From Tubulanus polymorphus (Eukaryota; Animalia; Nemertea): 64,000 bases of DNA. The stretch spans positions 10,788,001 to 10,852,000 of the forward strand of contig NC_134025.1 of NCBI RefSeq assembly GCF_964204645.1, written 5' to 3'. Both the position numbers and the translations under genes were made by a program. The stretch's first letter is position 1; every line of letters starts with the position of its first letter. Shown piece by piece: positions 60,820 to 64,000 of the stretch. A model generated the notes under the pieces. That model had not been told where the DNA came from. It ran no database searches and saw nothing but the letters and a program-made list of their open reading frames with translations.

Positions 60820-61160
60820 CCCACCTAACCTTCCGTCCCGACCCTACCAGACCCCATGCCTCCCGCCCTCCCAGACCCCTTCCCTCCCGCCCTCCCTCTC
60901 TCCTTCCCCTCCCTCCCAGTCCCCTTCCCTTCCGCCCTCGCAGACCCTGTCCCTCCCTCCCTACCAGACCCTGTCCCTCCCGCCCTCCCAGACCACATCC
61001 CTTCTGCCCCCAGTCCCACCCTCCCACCCCCTGACCCCATTCCTCCCACCCTCAATGCCCACCCACCAAGCCCTCCCTCAATGCCCGCCCACCAAGCCCT
61101 CCCTCAATGCCCGCCCACCTAGCCTCCCTCAATGCCCTCCCATCAAGCCTCCTCAACTCT
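60820..61160. repeat. C-rich low-complexity tract with degenerate ~20-23-bp repeats (G-quadruplex potential on the minus strand)
   Basis: Repeated CCCTCCC / CCAGACCC units and CCCTCCCTCAATGCCCGCCCACC units. Confidence 0.8.
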
Positions 61161-62116
61161 TTCGTCTCTTCCTATGATATCACTCATCTGTACAATACCT
61201 CAAAAAGGATTTGCAATTTTTCACGATCATATCAACTGAATTAAGAAATATAAATACTTAATCGATTGCATCATTCACAAGGCTCAGAGATGAAGGAATT
61301 CAAATGATCAAATACCAAGTTCACAAACTAATCACAGTGTCGAAAATCACAAGGCCTCAATTTCTGTTTCCTTAATCAATTGGTAACCAAACCAGGGCCG
61401 TGAACCAAACTTTGACTCTTATTAGGAATTTATTCAAATGATTCCTTTCTATTTTTTCTTAACCCTCCAATTAGTAATTATATGACTATACACTGGTATT
61501 ATGCTGGGGATTGTCCAAATCAATTAAAGTTTCACGGAATGTTGCTGTAAAAAGATTATATATATCAAATGGAGTTAGTTTCAGTTGTAGAGGTGTTTAT
61601 CTCTAAATTATCAAACCAAACCTAAGAAACTAAACTAACATTGTTGTAAGGGAGGGAGGTATGGAGGGTTCACCAGAACCAGACCAAACCTCGACACTCA
61701 CAATGCAGAGGGCTAACACAAACCAAAGACAAGAATGATGGTCGATTCGGATAGATCAATAACTAATATATAGATGTTGCTTCACGAATTCAACATGTCA
61801 GCATTCTCATTATGATATCAATTTGTGGACCAATGACAGTTGATAGTCAGATTAGACATTTCTATCTCTCTACTACTACTACTGCTAGAGGCTTAATATG
61901 GGAAAGCTGTTTTATGGAATCCTTTTCATAAGATTAACGAATCAATGTTCATAAACTGCCTATGTCTAAATGTTACAAAATAGATACTACATAATCTGTT
62001 TCATTGTCTTTTAAAGTTACACTTGATCCCAGCGAAACAAATAAAACTACAGCCATATTTCATCATTTGCCATTTTTCCTTTTTCAGTCTTTTTTGTTTC
62101 AGCACACATAATTATC

Positions 62117-62307
62117 TTTTGAGTCGAGGTAGGAATAGACCCCTGCCCGCCCTCTAAGCGTGCAGGACACTAAACCTTCGAATTGCTCTCTGACCCTGCT
62201 CTTTATATTCTTCTCTGTGCTTTTGAGTCGAGGTAGGAATAGACCCCTGCCCGCCCTCTAAGCGTGCAGGACACTAAACCTTCGAATTGCTCTCGGACCC
62301 CACTCTT
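62117..62307. repeat. Direct tandem duplication with a 104-bp period
   Basis: TTTTGAGTCGAGGTAGGAATAGACCCCTGCCCGCCCTCTAAGCGTGCAGGACACTAAACCTTCGAATTGCTCTC occurs at both 62117 and 62221. Confidence 0.9.
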
Positions 62308-62662
62308 AATATCAGCATTTTTTGCTGTTTTACATTCGCTTCATATTTTTCTTTTCATATGGCATTTTCTTATTGGCTTTTCCCATTTTATCATATTTGT
62401 CTTCTCACTGGCACTCACCAGTTCCAACTGGGATCAAATTTATATGTCAAATTTATATGTCTCGTAGAGCAAGCAGCAATGAATCAATGACAGTAACTTG
62501 TTTGTTAATTTAGAGAAACTCTCACAGCTGCCAATAAAACCAGTAGCAGCAGCAGCAGCGCTGATATACAATATTGTATACAGATGATTCTTACATTATC
62601 AACGTCATTAGTTCCACGTAAATCATTTCATCCTCAAATAGATTCGTGAAGACAATGTTTGG

Positions 62663-63851
62663 ATCAAAATTTGGTTCACAGCCCTGGTTTGGTGACAAAA
62701 GAGTCAAAGCTTGGTTCACAGCCCTGGTTTGGTGACAAAAGTCAAAGCTTGGTTCAGGGCCCATGTTTGGTGACCAAAGAGTCAACATTTGGTTCACGGC
62801 CCTGGATTGGTGACAAAAGAGTCAAAGTCTGGTTCACGGCCCTGGTTTGGTGACGAAAGTCAAAGCTTGGTTCAGGGCCCATGTTTGGTGACCAAAGAGT
62901 CAACATTTGGTTCACAGCCCTGGATTGGTGACCAAAGAGTCTAAATCTGGTTCACGGCCCTGGTTTGGTGACAAAAGAGTCAAAGTCTGGTTGACGGCCC
63001 TGGTTTGGTGACAAAAGTCAAAGCTTGGTTCAGGGCCCATGTTTGGTGACCAAAGAGTCAACATTTGGTTCACGGCCCTGGATTGGTGACCAAAGAGTCA
63101 AAATTTGGTTCACGGCCCTGGTTTGGTGACAAAAGTGTAAAATCTGGTTCACGGCCCTGGTCTGATGACAAAAGTCAAAGCTTGGTTCACGGCCCATGTT
63201 TGGTGACCAAAGAGTCAACATTTGGTTCACGTCCCTGTATTGGTGACCAAAGAGTCAAAATTTGGTTGACGGCCCTGGTTTGGTGACAAAAGTCAAAGCT
63301 TGGTTCAGGGCCCATGTTTGGTGACCAAAGAGTCAACATTTGGTTCATGGCCCTGGATTGGTGACCAAAGAGTCAAAATTTGGCTCACGGCCCTGGTTTG
63401 GTGACAAAAGAGTCAAAGTCTGGTTCACGTCCCTGGTTTGGTGACAAAAGTCAAAGCTTGGTTCAGGGCCCATGTTTGGTGACCAAAAAGTCAACATTTG
63501 GTTCACGGCCCTGGATTGGTGACAAGAGTCAAAATTTGGTTCACGGCCCTGGTTTGGTGACAAAAGAGTCAAAGTCTAGTTCACGGCCCTGGTTTGGTGA
63601 CAACAGTCAATGCTTGGTTCAGGGCCCATGTTTGGTGACAAAAGAGTCAAAATTTGGTTCACGGCCCTGGTTTGGTGACAAAAGGGTCAAAGTCTGGTTC
63701 ACGGCCCTGGTTTGGTGACAAAAGTCAAAGCTGGGTTCAGGGCCCATGTTTGGTGACCAAAAAGTCAACATTTTGTTCACGGCCCTGGATTGGTGACCAA
63801 AGAGTCAAAATTTGGTTCACGGCCCTGGTTTGGTGACCAAAGAGTCTAAGG
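62663..63851. repeat. 38-40-bp minisatellite/satellite array (~30 monomers) with higher-order structure
   Basis: Consensus GTCAAA(A/G)T(T/C)TGGTTCACGGCCCTGGTTTGGTGAC(C/A)AAA(GA), with variants recurring in a fixed order. Confidence 0.97.
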
Positions 63852-64000
63852 CTTTGAGGCTAGTGTGCAGCCGTGCTTTCAGATTATACCCTAAATGGGT
63901 TCACAATCTGTATTCATTGATAATGTCAAAAATAAGGAATTATTTTGAGTCTGTAATAATGCATCCATCAAACGTCAAAGAACTACGTCATATAAACTGA

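Noticed and set aside
60794-61122. Pro-rich and Gly/Arg-rich ORFs
   Set aside because: Low-complexity C-rich tract that is open in many frames; no splice or domain support.
62591-63851. CRISPR-like array or repeat-protein ORFs
   Set aside because: Monomers abut with no unique spacers, there are no cas genes and the context is eukaryotic; the 38/40-bp units break the reading frame.

Overview
AT-rich, intron-containing animal DNA, most likely from an invertebrate. The gene and repeat content looks lophotrochozoan, but that is inference. Most entries in the ORF track are spurious, so I built gene models by reading GT-AG sites and codon phase by hand. From left to right: the 3' exons of AKIP1 (+); PAWR/Par-4 (-); about 8 kb of non-coding DNA; and an intronless Frizzled-9/10 (-). 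Next comes a ~23 kb block of lineage-specific secreted or surface genes: a CUB(+mucin insert)-LDLa-TM receptor (-); an 18-exon, 861-aa M12B metalloprotease fused to an F-type lectin and 5 ShKT domains (+), with an unusual HExxHxxGxxD zinc motif; an orphan 8-Cys protein (-); and three tandem PAN/Apple + C-type lectin copies (two intact, with QPS versus EPS sugar motifs, and one pseudogene). The right end is rich in repeats. It holds a decayed CR1/L2-type LINE with an RRM-CCHC-esterase ORF1, whose RT core is replaced by a 1.37 kb CT-rich microsatellite. It also holds a possible spliced non-coding unit and a ~40-bp higher-order satellite paired with one inverted monomer. Many MITEs are scattered through the window. 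I found no CRISPR array, rRNA or convincing tRNA.
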